A stretch of DNA of 37,768 nt from a virus (IMGVR_UViG_3300037484_000436:1-37768); one strand, 5' to 3'. Positions 25,866-34,417 are shown, numbered from the stretch's first letter. Made by a program: numbers and translations. The notes: a model not told the origin generated them from the sequence alone.

Positions 25866-26699
25866 TCAGCCAAATAGATGATCTAACCGTTCGTGCATGG
25901 CAGCCCTGGCGGTTGCCATTGTTTTCCTTATGGTCTTAGGGCTTGAGGATTCCCCGGTTTTAGTGACCGTTGGAATCTTATCTTTACCCGCGATATAATC
26001 CTTTATAACCTGGGTCTTGAAGGCCTCAATCTTCTTCTTGCCTTCAACAATCATCTTCTTGACCGCCCTTTTATCTCCAATATCAATGACCGCGAAGGGG
26101 TTGTTGACCCCGAAGAATTCGGTAATGAATGGTTTCTGCGATTCCGGAAGGTCATTCAAAATTTCACTCACGGTTGATTCAACCGTCTTGGAAAAGCTCT
26201 TCATTTCGGCGTCTGCTTTTTTGGCGTCATAGTCCTGATCTAAGAGCTTCCTTAGTTCCGCATTCTCTTTGTCCTGCCGGGCTATGGTTTCCTCGGGAGT
26301 TTCGGCATCCCGTCTTTCCTGCTCAGCCTTTTTCTCATAGTAGGCGGTCCATTCATCAAGCTTCTTGGCCTTTTCGATCAGTTGATCAATGTCCTCAACA
26401 TCACTGATCTTGCCGACTACCTTTTTGCCGGATTCTGCCAGATCCCTTAAATCCTCAATGGAATCGACATCGTTTTTCTCCATAAGTTCCCGGAGGGACT
26501 TTTCGGCCTGACGTGCCGCTATCCATTTTGGATGTTTGTCAAAAGGCAACGGTTTGCCGTTGTCGTCCAGTTCCACTTCGGGGGGAGTGGTTTTTTGCCC
26601 CGTTCCATCGTCGGTAGGGGAATCCGACATTTGCCCCTTGTCTTCGGCGTCCGGTGCCGTATTTGCGGTTTTTTCGGTTTTCTCTTCTAAATCTGCCAT
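25866..26699 (-). CDS. Scaffolding protein
   Basis: Acidic N-terminus, PFDKHPKW motif, coiled coil; directly upstream of the capsid gene; AAGGAG SD before ATG 26699. Confidence 0.8.
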   Translation of the reverse strand: MADLEEKTEKTANTAPDAEDKGQMSDSPTDDGTGQKTTPPEVELDDNGKPLPFDKHPKWIAARQAEKSLRELMEKNDVDSIEDLRDLAESGKKVVGKISDVEDIDQLIEKAKKLDEWTAYYEKKAEQERRDAETPEETIARQDKENAELRKLLDQDYDAKKADAEMKSFSKTVESTVSEILNDLPESQKPFITEFFGVNNPFAVIDIGDKRAVKKMIVEGKKKIEAFKTQVIKDYIAGKDKIPTVTKTGESSSPKTIRKTMATARAAMHERLDHLFG

Positions 26700-26716
26700 G
26701 TGCTTTCTCCTTCGTT

Positions 26717-26753
26717 CCTGATCTCGTTCAGTCAACAGGCTGAAAAAGTCAGG
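26717..26753 (-). promoter_or_regulatory. Hairpin immediately upstream of the scaffold SD
   Basis: CCTGACT..TTCAG-cctgttga-CTGAA..AGATCAGG. Confidence 0.55.
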
Positions 26754-26773
26754 CGGTTTAAGGTTTATTCCTT

Positions 26774-26880
26774 AAATCAGGGCCAAAAAAAACGGCTGTA
26801 AGAAGGTAAGGCTCCTTACAGCCGCTTGAATATGCTTTCGTCTCTCTTAGGGTGGCCGCCCATCGAGAGAACCCTGATTT
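26774..26880 (-). promoter_or_regulatory. Structured leader with intrinsic terminator and alternative hairpin
   Basis: Terminator GCGGCTGTAAGGAG/CTTCTTACAGCCGT plus T tract (26785-26825); upstream hairpin 26841-26870; enclosing 9-bp inverted repeat. Confidence 0.7.
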
Positions 26881-26894
26881 TTAGGCTTGGTTAA

Positions 26895-27032
26895 TTATTT
26901 ACCTTTCGTGTTGGCGTAAATAGCCCGTTGCTGTGCGTGGGCCTGTCTTAAGGTCATGGGCTTTTTTGACTTTGGACCATGAGGGCTATATACTTTGAAT
27001 CCGCCTTTAACTTTTTTGACATCGTAGGGCAT
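26895..27032 (-). CDS. 45-aa basic protein (MPYDVKK...AQQRAIYAN), not in ORF track
   Basis: GAAGGA SD, ATG 27032; resembles the small MPY...Q.RA.YAN proteins seen in phage head modules. Confidence 0.7.
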   Translation of the reverse strand: MPYDVKKVKGGFKVYSPHGPKSKKPMTLRQAHAQQRAIYANTKGK

Positions 27033-27139
27033 TTACTTTCCTTCTTCCATTTTAATTGAGTATCCATTTCAGAAAAAAATTGATCGCTATATAGTCGACT
27101 CCAAAAATGACAGATCGGCTTCATATTCATTTGCTCTAT

Positions 27140-27340
27140 TTACCAAAACCATCCTTTCTTGGTTTGTGCGGCCTTGCGCTTCTTAAGTTCGGCATCAATA
27201 GCGGTATCGCTCAAAAGATCGTCTTCGGTTGCCGGTGGAGGAGGCACAGATTTTATGGCCGGCGCAATTATTCCCGCCGCTTCATCTATAGCCTGTTTTC
27301 GCTTTTTAATCAAATCGACGGTGCTTCTCAGGTCAGCCAT
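27140..27340 (-). CDS. Hypothetical protein
   Basis: Overlaps the portal stop; GGAG SD. Confidence 0.6.
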   Translation of the reverse strand: MADLRSTVDLIKKRKQAIDEAAGIIAPAIKSVPPPPATEDDLLSDTAIDAELKKRKAAQTKKGWFW

Positions 27341-29390
27341 TAACTTGCGCTCCTTGGTTTGTTTTGGGCTGTGTCGATCCCGACGCTCCGGCCTCGGCTT
27401 CTACTGCCATTTGCTGTATGGCCTGGGCCTGGGCTTCTTCGATCATCAACTGCTGGTGATAATCGGTATGATTCATTAAAACCACCTGGGCCTTTTCTTC
27501 GAGATACCGGAACTCCGGGCTTAGAATAAATTTGCGATGGCATCCAAAATGAATCAGGTGGTTGTCATATTTAAAAAGAGGATCATTAACGAGAATCGTT
27601 ATAGACTGCTGTCCGGTTAAAGGATCGGGTTCACCCATCTCAACCAACATAATTTTAGAAACATCACCATTGGCGATAGCCGAATTCTCTGACTCGGCCC
27701 GTTCGATATCCACGTTCTCCTTGCCGGTGAAGCCGCTCAATCCATAACGTCTAAGGAATTCGGACCGTATCTCGGGATCGTTGGCAACGTCCCCCAGATA
27801 TCCATTCTCGGCCAGATTGGATAGAATTTGAAGTTGACCTGTCCGGGTAGTTGACAATCCAGAATCGAGTTCTAACTTAAGATCGGTATTGTCTTTCAGG
27901 TCCGCCCCCTTGAAATTCTTCACCTGAGATGTGCCGCCTCTCCCGGCTACCTTAATCAAGCGTTCCTCGGTGTAGAGTTCCTTGACTAAGAGAAGGGCCT
28001 TCTTATCGACCCGAGTCAGGGATCTATTCCAACGATCAATATCCGGTGTATGGCCTTGTTTGGCCAAGTCCTGAAGTAAATCAACCTGCACCCCGCTCGA
28101 AGAAGCACTGGGAGGTTTACCCTGAAGGATGTTTTTCGGATCTCCCGCAGCATCCTGAATGCCCTGCTCGGCTAATTTCCTCTCGGCCAGGACTTCTGGA
28201 CCATAGGTGGTCCCTTGTTGAAACACAGGGGCGACGCCTCCGCTGGTCTTGGCATCATAGCGCAAGACCAGGAAAGATTCTCCTTTATCGGTCAGTCTTT
28301 CCAGATGAATCTCTCCCCCAGACAGCACCCTGGGCCGTCCTATGGTTTCTCGGTTATCATCCAGGGCCTTGTCGATCTTATTGATCCGATTCTGAGGGCT
28401 GATAATGTCGTCCACCCCGCTGTCAGAATAGAAGCGCCCTGGTACATAGTTCCAATGGAAATCGGTGAGCGTATAAAACCATGATCCATTTTCAACTTTG
28501 ATCGGCATCCGCTCTACATCAATCAGGAGCTTATCCTGGCAGGTGACAAGAAAACGGCCTTCAGGAAACTTATGGTTGGGTTTGGCTTCCAGTTCCCGGT
28601 AAATAACCAGATCGTCAAGATCGGTGTCCAGAGCTGTAGTTTCGATCCCGTCACCCTTCCAGGGGCTGACCTGGCCCACCAGCTTCATGAGGCGTCTTTG
28701 ATAATCCAGACCCCTCGGTGATTCGGCCTTCCCCAGGAGAACCTTGAAGGTGTCCTCCACCCATTCCCTGGGCTTCAGGGTTTCGACCCCCACCCATCTT
28801 TTGGCGGTGAGTTTATCGCCCATTGAATCCAGGTGAACATTGAAGGGAATCACATGTTCTCTGACCACCTGACCGGTTTTCATGGTCGTGCCTTCAGGAG
28901 TCGTGAACATCTCCCCGGCATCCTTATCGGGGAAGGACCGCATATAAGTCGTTCCTGCTGTGACGGTCCAGATGGCGCATTTTTCTTTCTCGTCTTCAAT
29001 CTCACCCTCGTTGATCGTATTCAACCAGGTCATAACCTCCTGGCCCAGCTTGGCAGCCTCTTCGTCGGCCCGCTCGTTGGTGTTGGGGGCTATCTTGGCC
29101 ACCAGCTTTTGATTCAAAAGCATAGCCTTTTGTGCCCTGACGAATTCACGGACTTTATTACAGACCGGAGTGGAGGCTCCAGGAGGCAGGAGTTTGCGGG
29201 CAAACGTCCTGGTGGACCTCATATACTCGATCCATTGTTCACCGCAGTAATAGAGGAAATTTCTCCACCAGATCCGCTCCAGCATCATGCGGGCCACATC
29301 GTTTTTTACATCAAAGAGATCGTCGATGGCCGAAACGATCCGGCGCTCTTCCTTATGGCCTTTGAGTTTTACGAGATCAGAGAAATTCAT
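27333..29390 (-). CDS. Portal protein (P22-like)
   Basis: 685 aa between terminase and scaffold; W..N..YY.GEQW, PQ.RINK, ASSSGV and DNH..H...H motifs. Confidence 0.9.
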   Translation of the reverse strand: MNFSDLVKLKGHKEERRIVSAIDDLFDVKNDVARMMLERIWWRNFLYYCGEQWIEYMRSTRTFARKLLPPGASTPVCNKVREFVRAQKAMLLNQKLVAKIAPNTNERADEEAAKLGQEVMTWLNTINEGEIEDEKEKCAIWTVTAGTTYMRSFPDKDAGEMFTTPEGTTMKTGQVVREHVIPFNVHLDSMGDKLTAKRWVGVETLKPREWVEDTFKVLLGKAESPRGLDYQRRLMKLVGQVSPWKGDGIETTALDTDLDDLVIYRELEAKPNHKFPEGRFLVTCQDKLLIDVERMPIKVENGSWFYTLTDFHWNYVPGRFYSDSGVDDIISPQNRINKIDKALDDNRETIGRPRVLSGGEIHLERLTDKGESFLVLRYDAKTSGGVAPVFQQGTTYGPEVLAERKLAEQGIQDAAGDPKNILQGKPPSASSSGVQVDLLQDLAKQGHTPDIDRWNRSLTRVDKKALLLVKELYTEERLIKVAGRGGTSQVKNFKGADLKDNTDLKLELDSGLSTTRTGQLQILSNLAENGYLGDVANDPEIRSEFLRRYGLSGFTGKENVDIERAESENSAIANGDVSKIMLVEMGEPDPLTGQQSITILVNDPLFKYDNHLIHFGCHRKFILSPEFRYLEEKAQVVLMNHTDYHQQLMIEEAQAQAIQQMAVEAEAGASGSTQPKTNQGAQVNG

Positions 29391-29636
29391 TTAGATTTCA
29401 ATCCCCTGTTCGGGTTCTGGTAGAATAATTGAGCGCTTCAATTCTTCAACGCTGACTACCTTCATGGCCTCTTTCTTTAATTTAGACTCAGCCTCTACGT
29501 ACTCTGGTAGGGTCTTGGCCATGATTCGGTTTAGGAGTTGTTCTCTTTCTTTCCACCAACTCCTGCGCTCAATTACCTGGGTTATCTCCAAATAAATTAT
29601 CACCAGGAGAAGTCCAATATTGATATAATCGATCAT
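29391..29636 (-). CDS. Single-TM protein upstream of portal
   Basis: N-terminal TM helix then ERE.LLNRIMAK.L.EY. Confidence 0.7.
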   Translation of the reverse strand: MIDYINIGLLLVIIYLEITQVIERRSWWKEREQLLNRIMAKTLPEYVEAESKLKKEAMKVVSVEELKRSIILPEPEQGIEI

Positions 29637-29851
29637 TGGTTTGCCTCCAGGTGTTTGTTTAGAGCATCCCGCAAGCCCCGCAGCATTTCAAGGTTATAAA
29701 TAAAACACTCTGTGGACTGTATTGATCCATCACCCTTAAAACAGTCGGCTAAAAGTTTAACGTGTATTTTAGACATTCTCGGAAAGGGATCTCCTTTTAA
29801 GGTCACTTTATAAATTGAAAAACCAGGTCCTTCTTCTAATAAATCTTTCAT
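29633..29851 (-). CDS. Hypothetical protein
   Basis: AAGGAGGT SD; ATGA overlap with the next gene. Confidence 0.65.
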   Translation of the reverse strand: MKDLLEEGPGFSIYKVTLKGDPFPRMSKIHVKLLADCFKGDGSIQSTECFIYNLEMLRGLRDALNKHLEANQ

Positions 29852-29884
29852 TTTTTAACCTCCTTGATATAGTCACCGATATTT

Positions 29885-30082
29885 CTATTCGTCCCTCCAG
29901 GGTTCCTCCTCCCCTTCCTCAAGACTTATTATTCTGAAAAGCGCCTGGACGATTTCCGTGTCTCCAAATTTAAAAGGCGCTCCCAATAACTGCCATCCTT
30001 TCAAAAGAAGGTCGTTGACCTCAATTTGTGCCACTAAATATCCAGATTTTACCAGGGTGTATTTGGTTCTTCGCTCTATCAC
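29885..30082 (-). CDS. Small protein, DUF1737-like
   Basis: VN.LL.KGWQLLGAP...IVQAL pattern. Confidence 0.6.
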   Translation of the reverse strand: MIERRTKYTLVKSGYLVAQIEVNDLLLKGWQLLGAPFKFGDTEIVQALFRIISLEEGEEEPWRDE

Positions 30083-30285
30083 TTCGCCTCCTTCTTAGCT
30101 TGCCTATATTGGGATCTGAAACTGTTTGGGTGATGGAATATTGATTTTAAGACCCTTGGATCGACTATTTCCTGATGGGTTTGAATATCACAGGCCACAA
30201 CCCTCCGGCGATGGAATAGTTTTCCTTGAAGATCCGGATCTCCGGTGACTGTTCTACGCAGAGCCTTGGCTTTGCGTCCGTTCAT
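30079..30285 (-). CDS. Hypothetical basic protein
   Basis: MNGRKAKALRR...R..YR.AKK; GTGA overlap with the next gene. Confidence 0.65.
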   Translation of the reverse strand: MNGRKAKALRRTVTGDPDLQGKLFHRRRVVACDIQTHQEIVDPRVLKSIFHHPNSFRSQYRQAKKEAK

Positions 30286-30439
30286 TCTCGTAAAATATCC
30301 ATTCTCTATTTATTTCATCATGTCTTTGGAAAATCGTTTTTGGGATCCATGGATATAGTTTAAAAATCCACAGTGGATGTTTTTCTAATGGGGAAATTGA
30401 AGCAATAACCGTATCTCTTACTTTTCCAAGTTCCTTCAT
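30254..30439 (-). CDS. Hypothetical protein
   Basis: ATGA overlap with the terminase stop; GGAGG SD. Confidence 0.55.
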   Translation of the reverse strand: MKELGKVRDTVIASISPLEKHPLWIFKLYPWIPKTIFQRHDEINREWIFYENERTQSQGSA

Positions 30440-32070
30440 CTCCAAACCTCCATTTCCTGCCTCTCTATAATCTCCTTCTTGATCTGATCGAACTCCATAG
30501 CAGCCGCTTCGCTGGCGTCCCTGGGGGGTACTTTCTTGGGTTGCACGGTAGATTTCTTAGGACCTTCTCCAAGAAACTTATCAGCCTGAACAGCAAGGCC
30601 GGCGCTAATCACACAATCGGACAACTTACCGGCCTCATGATCCAGCTTGCCGGTCTCGGTCCTGATAAATGTCGAACACTCGTCGATCAGAATTGCGTCA
30701 AACAGGACCCCTGTCGTCACTTGTAGCCAGTGACGGAGATCGCCAGCCAACTCGTGCTTAGACCTATCGCTTTCCTCCCATCCAAAAACTTTAGTCAGTT
30801 TGCCGGTGGTGGTATCAGGTTTTATGCGGATATATAGATTGGCGTTGAGTTCGATTAGGCGCTTGACGGTAGTCTGCCCGGCTCCGGTCCGCTCAGGACA
30901 TATTAGGGCACCGTCGTAATATCGGGATAGCTCATAAAGCTTATCAGCCCAGGTGTAAGCGTCTATGCGGTTGGACCTGAGCCGGGCAACGATCTGATCG
31001 GTCAGCCTGTCAATCACGTGGGCCACGGAATAGGATTCTCCTAATCCCTCTGAGACATCCGAACCCATGGCGTAGCGTCTCGACCAGGAAAGATCGTCAT
31101 AGGCCTCAAGGCGGTTATAGGGATGTTCCCAAATCTCCAAAATTCCCCTATCGCTTTGCTCAAAATCAATCCTGCCCTTATCGTCGGTTTCCAAATTGCC
31201 CTTTATTCCAGCCTTGGTTTTATTGTGCCTTGCCAGTCCATCCCCAAAATAGGACCCGCCCAGGATGGATAAGGCCTCCTCCTCAGTCTCCGGATAGTGC
31301 TGAATCACATCATCCGGGTCCATGCCCTGTTGTTCCATGAGTTCCCGAAAATTAAGAGGTCGGTCAGGGTGAGCCATCCAGGGCAGGAAGACACGTCCAA
31401 AATCGTTTTGTCCGGCCATTGAGGATCGATATAGATCGCGGACCCATGACCAACCGGGAGAAGTTTTAACACTATTGGCGATTACAATCACCTGCCCATG
31501 AGCCTGTTGTATACCGGGATAGCTGGAATTATAAATCGATGAAACCTCGCGGATCGTGTGGGCCTCATCAATTATCAGTAGGTTTGGGGTTTTGGACTCT
31601 GCCCCGGTCTCAATGGTGGGCATGGACAGAATTGACGATTGAGTGCCGTCAATCTCGAAAATAATATTTTGTGTGGTTTCTTTGAGAATTTTTTTACCGA
31701 TGATCCAATCGGGCAGCCGTCGCATGATAAATTTAACCCGGTCCAAAAACTCAGTTGAGTGATCCTCGTTGAGCGAGATTACAACGGCCAAAAATAAAGG
31801 GTATTTTAGAGCACACCAGAGTACATAGGCGGCGGCGAGCCAGGTTAATCCTACTTGGCGTGTCTTTAGGAAAATTAAAAGAAGGGAATCTGTAATATGG
31901 GGGACTACGTCGGCCTGGGCAGGCCAGAGAGTGAGTTTAATTGGGGCCTTTGATATTTTATCCTCAATCCAAACCCAGAGATTCAGGAAAAGCAAAAAAT
32001 TGGCCATCGCCTGGCGACGGCAGCGCTCTTGCTTAATTTCTATCCGCTCAACCCTTAAGGATTTCGTCAA
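30436..32070 (-). CDS. terL: Terminase large subunit
   Basis: LKTRQVGLT (Walker A), LIIDEAH (Walker B), MGSDVSEG and SDCVIS nuclease motifs. Confidence 0.93.
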   Translation of the reverse strand: MTKSLRVERIEIKQERCRRQAMANFLLFLNLWVWIEDKISKAPIKLTLWPAQADVVPHITDSLLLIFLKTRQVGLTWLAAAYVLWCALKYPLFLAVVISLNEDHSTEFLDRVKFIMRRLPDWIIGKKILKETTQNIIFEIDGTQSSILSMPTIETGAESKTPNLLIIDEAHTIREVSSIYNSSYPGIQQAHGQVIVIANSVKTSPGWSWVRDLYRSSMAGQNDFGRVFLPWMAHPDRPLNFRELMEQQGMDPDDVIQHYPETEEEALSILGGSYFGDGLARHNKTKAGIKGNLETDDKGRIDFEQSDRGILEIWEHPYNRLEAYDDLSWSRRYAMGSDVSEGLGESYSVAHVIDRLTDQIVARLRSNRIDAYTWADKLYELSRYYDGALICPERTGAGQTTVKRLIELNANLYIRIKPDTTTGKLTKVFGWEESDRSKHELAGDLRHWLQVTTGVLFDAILIDECSTFIRTETGKLDHEAGKLSDCVISAGLAVQADKFLGEGPKKSTVQPKKVPPRDASEAAAMEFDQIKKEIIERQEMEVWR

Positions 32071-32488
32071 GCGCTTTTTCCTTAGCCTCTAATTCGGCAT
32101 CAGTTAAACTACTAAGACTTCCAGAAATCTTTATGTTTTCAATAATGAGATTTTTTAATTTCAAAGCGGTTTCGAGATATTTATGGCGGGTGGGAAAGTC
32201 TATAAATGATTTTTGGTCGGTTATTATTCCTTCAAAAGTTGCCGTTTTAATAAACATTGCTTCCAGCCCATCCTTTAGGGAATCAGCCAATGAATCATCA
32301 GAAATCCCCTTCCTATCCATGATTTCAGGAAATGATTCAAGAATTTTTTGGAGCATTGGGCCTGATTTAAATGCGGCTGTTTTGGCAGTATATCCAGCCT
32401 CCCGGAAGGCGGTTGTGCGTGGCTTACCTGCAATAATCCCCTTTATTGCCTTTCTTTGTCTCACATTTAACTGTTTTTTACTTTTCAT
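32048..32488 (-). CDS. terS: Terminase small subunit
   Basis: LNVRQRK...A.REAGYT HTH; RHKYLETALKL; LTDAEL tail; overlaps the terL start. Confidence 0.8.
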   Translation of the reverse strand: MKSKKQLNVRQRKAIKGIIAGKPRTTAFREAGYTAKTAAFKSGPMLQKILESFPEIMDRKGISDDSLADSLKDGLEAMFIKTATFEGIITDQKSFIDFPTRHKYLETALKLKNLIIENIKISGSLSSLTDAELEAKEKALDEILKG

Positions 32489-32495
32489 GTTTCTT

Positions 32496-32523
32496 AAAAT
32501 ATTCCAAAAATTGGAATTGTCAA
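32496..32523 (-). promoter_or_regulatory. Candidate late promoter with palindrome in spacer
   Basis: TTGACA (32523-32518), 16 nt spacer, TATTTT (32501-32496); inverted repeat ATTCCAA-N3-TTGGAAT (32501-32517); ATG 7 nt downstream. Confidence 0.6.
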
Positions 32524-32541
32524 GGAATATTTTAAAATTGG

Positions 32542-33186
32542 TCATGCCAGTCCTGGAGTTTTTGGGTTAACCCGTCGATCTTTACCGGTTAGGTGGATTA
32601 TCTCACACATTTCGGCCAACCTTGAACTTATTCTGTCGTCTACCCTATCTGCAATTTCATCAAGGGTGTAATTGCTTGAAATAAAAGTTAAAAAACAATT
32701 TCTATATCTTCCATCAATAACCGTATAAATGGTTGATAATGCCCAATCTGTTAATTTTTCTGTGCCTAAATCATCAAGGAAAAGAATATCAAGGGGTGAA
32801 TCATACCAAATTCCCCGTTGTCCTGAATATTCAAGGATTTTTTTAGCTGATGCATCCATATCTTTTCTTATCTCTAAGAGCATGTCGGGGACAGAAATAA
32901 AATCAAAAGAAGGGCCTGTTTTCATTTCTGAAAATCTATTCGCTATTGCAGCCAAAAGATGAGTTTTACCTGTTCCCCTTGGTCCATAGATAAAAATTGA
33001 TTTTTTCCCTTCAACTGCGGACTTTATTTTATTTTTAATTATATCTGGGAAATCAGATATTTTAGCATTAAGATATCTTTTCCCGACTCCCGCCTTCAGG
33101 CTGTATTCCTGTGCTGTCGAGATTGAAGGTTGTTCCAAGATGGGCGTACTTTGTTGATTTTGATCCTGTGTGTTTACTAATTCCAT
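32542..33186 (-). CDS. DnaC/IstB-like AAA+ helicase loader
   Basis: GPRGTGKT, LFLDDLGTE, IDGRY, SSN and RISSRL.EMC motifs. Confidence 0.9.
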   Translation of the reverse strand: MELVNTQDQNQQSTPILEQPSISTAQEYSLKAGVGKRYLNAKISDFPDIIKNKIKSAVEGKKSIFIYGPRGTGKTHLLAAIANRFSEMKTGPSFDFISVPDMLLEIRKDMDASAKKILEYSGQRGIWYDSPLDILFLDDLGTEKLTDWALSTIYTVIDGRYRNCFLTFISSNYTLDEIADRVDDRISSRLAEMCEIIHLTGKDRRVNPKTPGLA

Positions 33187-33805
33187 TTTCTTTATCCTTT
33201 CTATTCCAATTTAGAATTGTGAAATAATGGCTTTTATATTTTTTCCCGGTTGATCCGAGGTAATTATTGAGGCGTGACAACATATCCTTTGTTGCCGGTT
33301 CTCCTAATTCAATAATAAGATTTTCGTGCTCATTTTTTGACAGCATGACAAAATCGAGATATAATTCTTTTATTATTTTATTCTTTTCTTTCTTATCCTT
33401 CTTGTTTGTGTCACTTGCCTGTTCCTTGCCTGTTACTTGGTAGTTACTTTCGTTGTTACTTTCTAATTTTTCTTCTTGGTAAGTATGCCAATTCAATATA
33501 GTAATTAAAGAATATTGCCTGCTACTTTCGATGGTAAGATTTTGGAGGTTTTTTAATTTTCCCATTCTTTTCCAAATTGTGCTTGGATTCATATCAAGTT
33601 CAAGCGATGCAGAATCCCTGCCAAAAACAAATTGACCCGGGCCTATATTGATTTCAATACCCCCCCTACCCGTCATAAACTTGACAACCCTATCCCGGTA
33701 GCTCGCCTTAGCAAGACACCATAGCCATACTTTAAGAAGACCCTCGTTTTTAAAAACAGAGGACTTTATTATTCTTCTCCAACATTTAAAATAACCCTGA
33801 TCCAA
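33068..33805 (-). CDS. Phage replication initiator (replisome organiser)
   Basis: GYFK.WR.I...W.WCL.KA, GQFVFGR, ITILNW..YQ and C-terminal KKYKSHY.TILNW; upstream of the DnaC-like gene. Confidence 0.85.
   Translation of the reverse strand: MDQGYFKCWRRIIKSSVFKNEGLLKVWLWCLAKASYRDRVVKFMTGRGGIEINIGPGQFVFGRDSASLELDMNPSTIWKRMGKLKNLQNLTIESSRQYSLITILNWHTYQEEKLESNNESNYQVTGKEQASDTNKKDKKEKNKIIKELYLDFVMLSKNEHENLIIELGEPATKDMLSRLNNYLGSTGKKYKSHYFTILNWNRKDKENGISKHTGSKSTKYAHLGTTFNLDSTGIQPEGGSREKIS
33361..33463. repeat. Iteron array plus AT-rich tract (probable replication origin)
   Basis: gtcacttgcct/gttccttgcct/gttacttggta/gttactttcgtt/gttactttc at 33410-33463 (about 11-bp period), next to AT-rich 33361-33400, inside the initiator gene. 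Confidence 0.7.
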
Positions 33806-33816
33806 TCGGCCCCTTT

Positions 33817-33934
33817 AAAATAAAAATCCCGTAAGTTTGTCTCGGTTTCGAGAACCGCCCTGGCCTCACGGTTCAGGGAACTTACGGGATTGTATAAAAT
33901 AAAAATTCCCTGAAGGCCGGGACAGCCCTCGAAA
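33817..33934 (-). ncRNA. C4-like antisense RNA/terminator element with upstream target boxes
   Basis: 13-bp closing stem (33825-33837/33879-33891) with two internal hairpins and a U tract; loops complementary to TTTCGAG (33934-33928) and GGCCT (33918-33914). Confidence 0.6.
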
Positions 33935-33988
33935 TCCTGGTAAGTCAAGCCTTTTAATTACAGGAATCCCTGGTCAAACTGTATTGGA

Positions 33989-34210
33989 TTATTCGTTTCG
34001 AGCGATTGACGAGTTTGCCCAAAATACAGCCTCCTGAATCTTGGTAATGGCCAGCGACCTCTCCCGGCTGTCCGGGCAGGTCACTATAATTAATGCCGCC
34101 ATGTCCTTACAGGCCCCTCGCAAAGAGCTATAGCGCAAGGCCTGATCTCCCTTTGGAGCATAGTAGGTGAAATCCCTCTCCAATCTCTCTTGTTCTGCGT
34201 CTGTCATCAT
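33989..34210 (-). CDS. Acb2/Tad1-like helical hairpin protein (candidate immune-signal sponge)
   Basis: FTYY.P...Q..RY..LR...K..A..I...CPDSRERSLAITKIQEAVFWANSSIARNE. Confidence 0.7.
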   Translation of the reverse strand: MMTDAEQERLERDFTYYAPKGDQALRYSSLRGACKDMAALIIVTCPDSRERSLAITKIQEAVFWANSSIARNE

Positions 34211-34246
34211 GTTATCACCTCCCTTATTTCCTATATAAAATCTTAT

Positions 34247-34417
34247 TTAACCTTGCAATTTTCCCAGATTCCCTTTACACCCATCTATAAACTCCCGTGC
34301 ATTTTGATACCCATTGATTTTTAATAAAATTAATGCCATGCGGGTTTGAACCGCCGACAATCCTTTAATATCCTTTTTTGTTATCTTAATCTGCTCTTTG
34401 CGGGTCATTTTGGGCAT
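34247..34417 (-). CDS. Hypothetical 56-aa protein (in frame with an upstream 26-codon ORF across a TAG)
   Basis: MPKMTRKEQIKITKKDIKGLSAVQTRMALILLKINGYQNAREFIDGCKGNLGKLQG by hand translation. Confidence 0.5.
   Translation of the reverse strand: MPKMTRKEQIKITKKDIKGLSAVQTRMALILLKINGYQNAREFIDGCKGNLGKLQG

Noticed and set aside
26700-26735. ORF-track TTG start of the scaffold
   Set aside because: It lies within the hairpin; the AAGGAG SD supports ATG 26699.
27033-27139. Small gene between the 66-aa ORF and the MPY protein
   Set aside because: No frame with a convincing SD, start and stop.
33825-33891. tRNA gene
   Set aside because: Three-way junction without D/T-loop consensus, anticodon arm or CCA.
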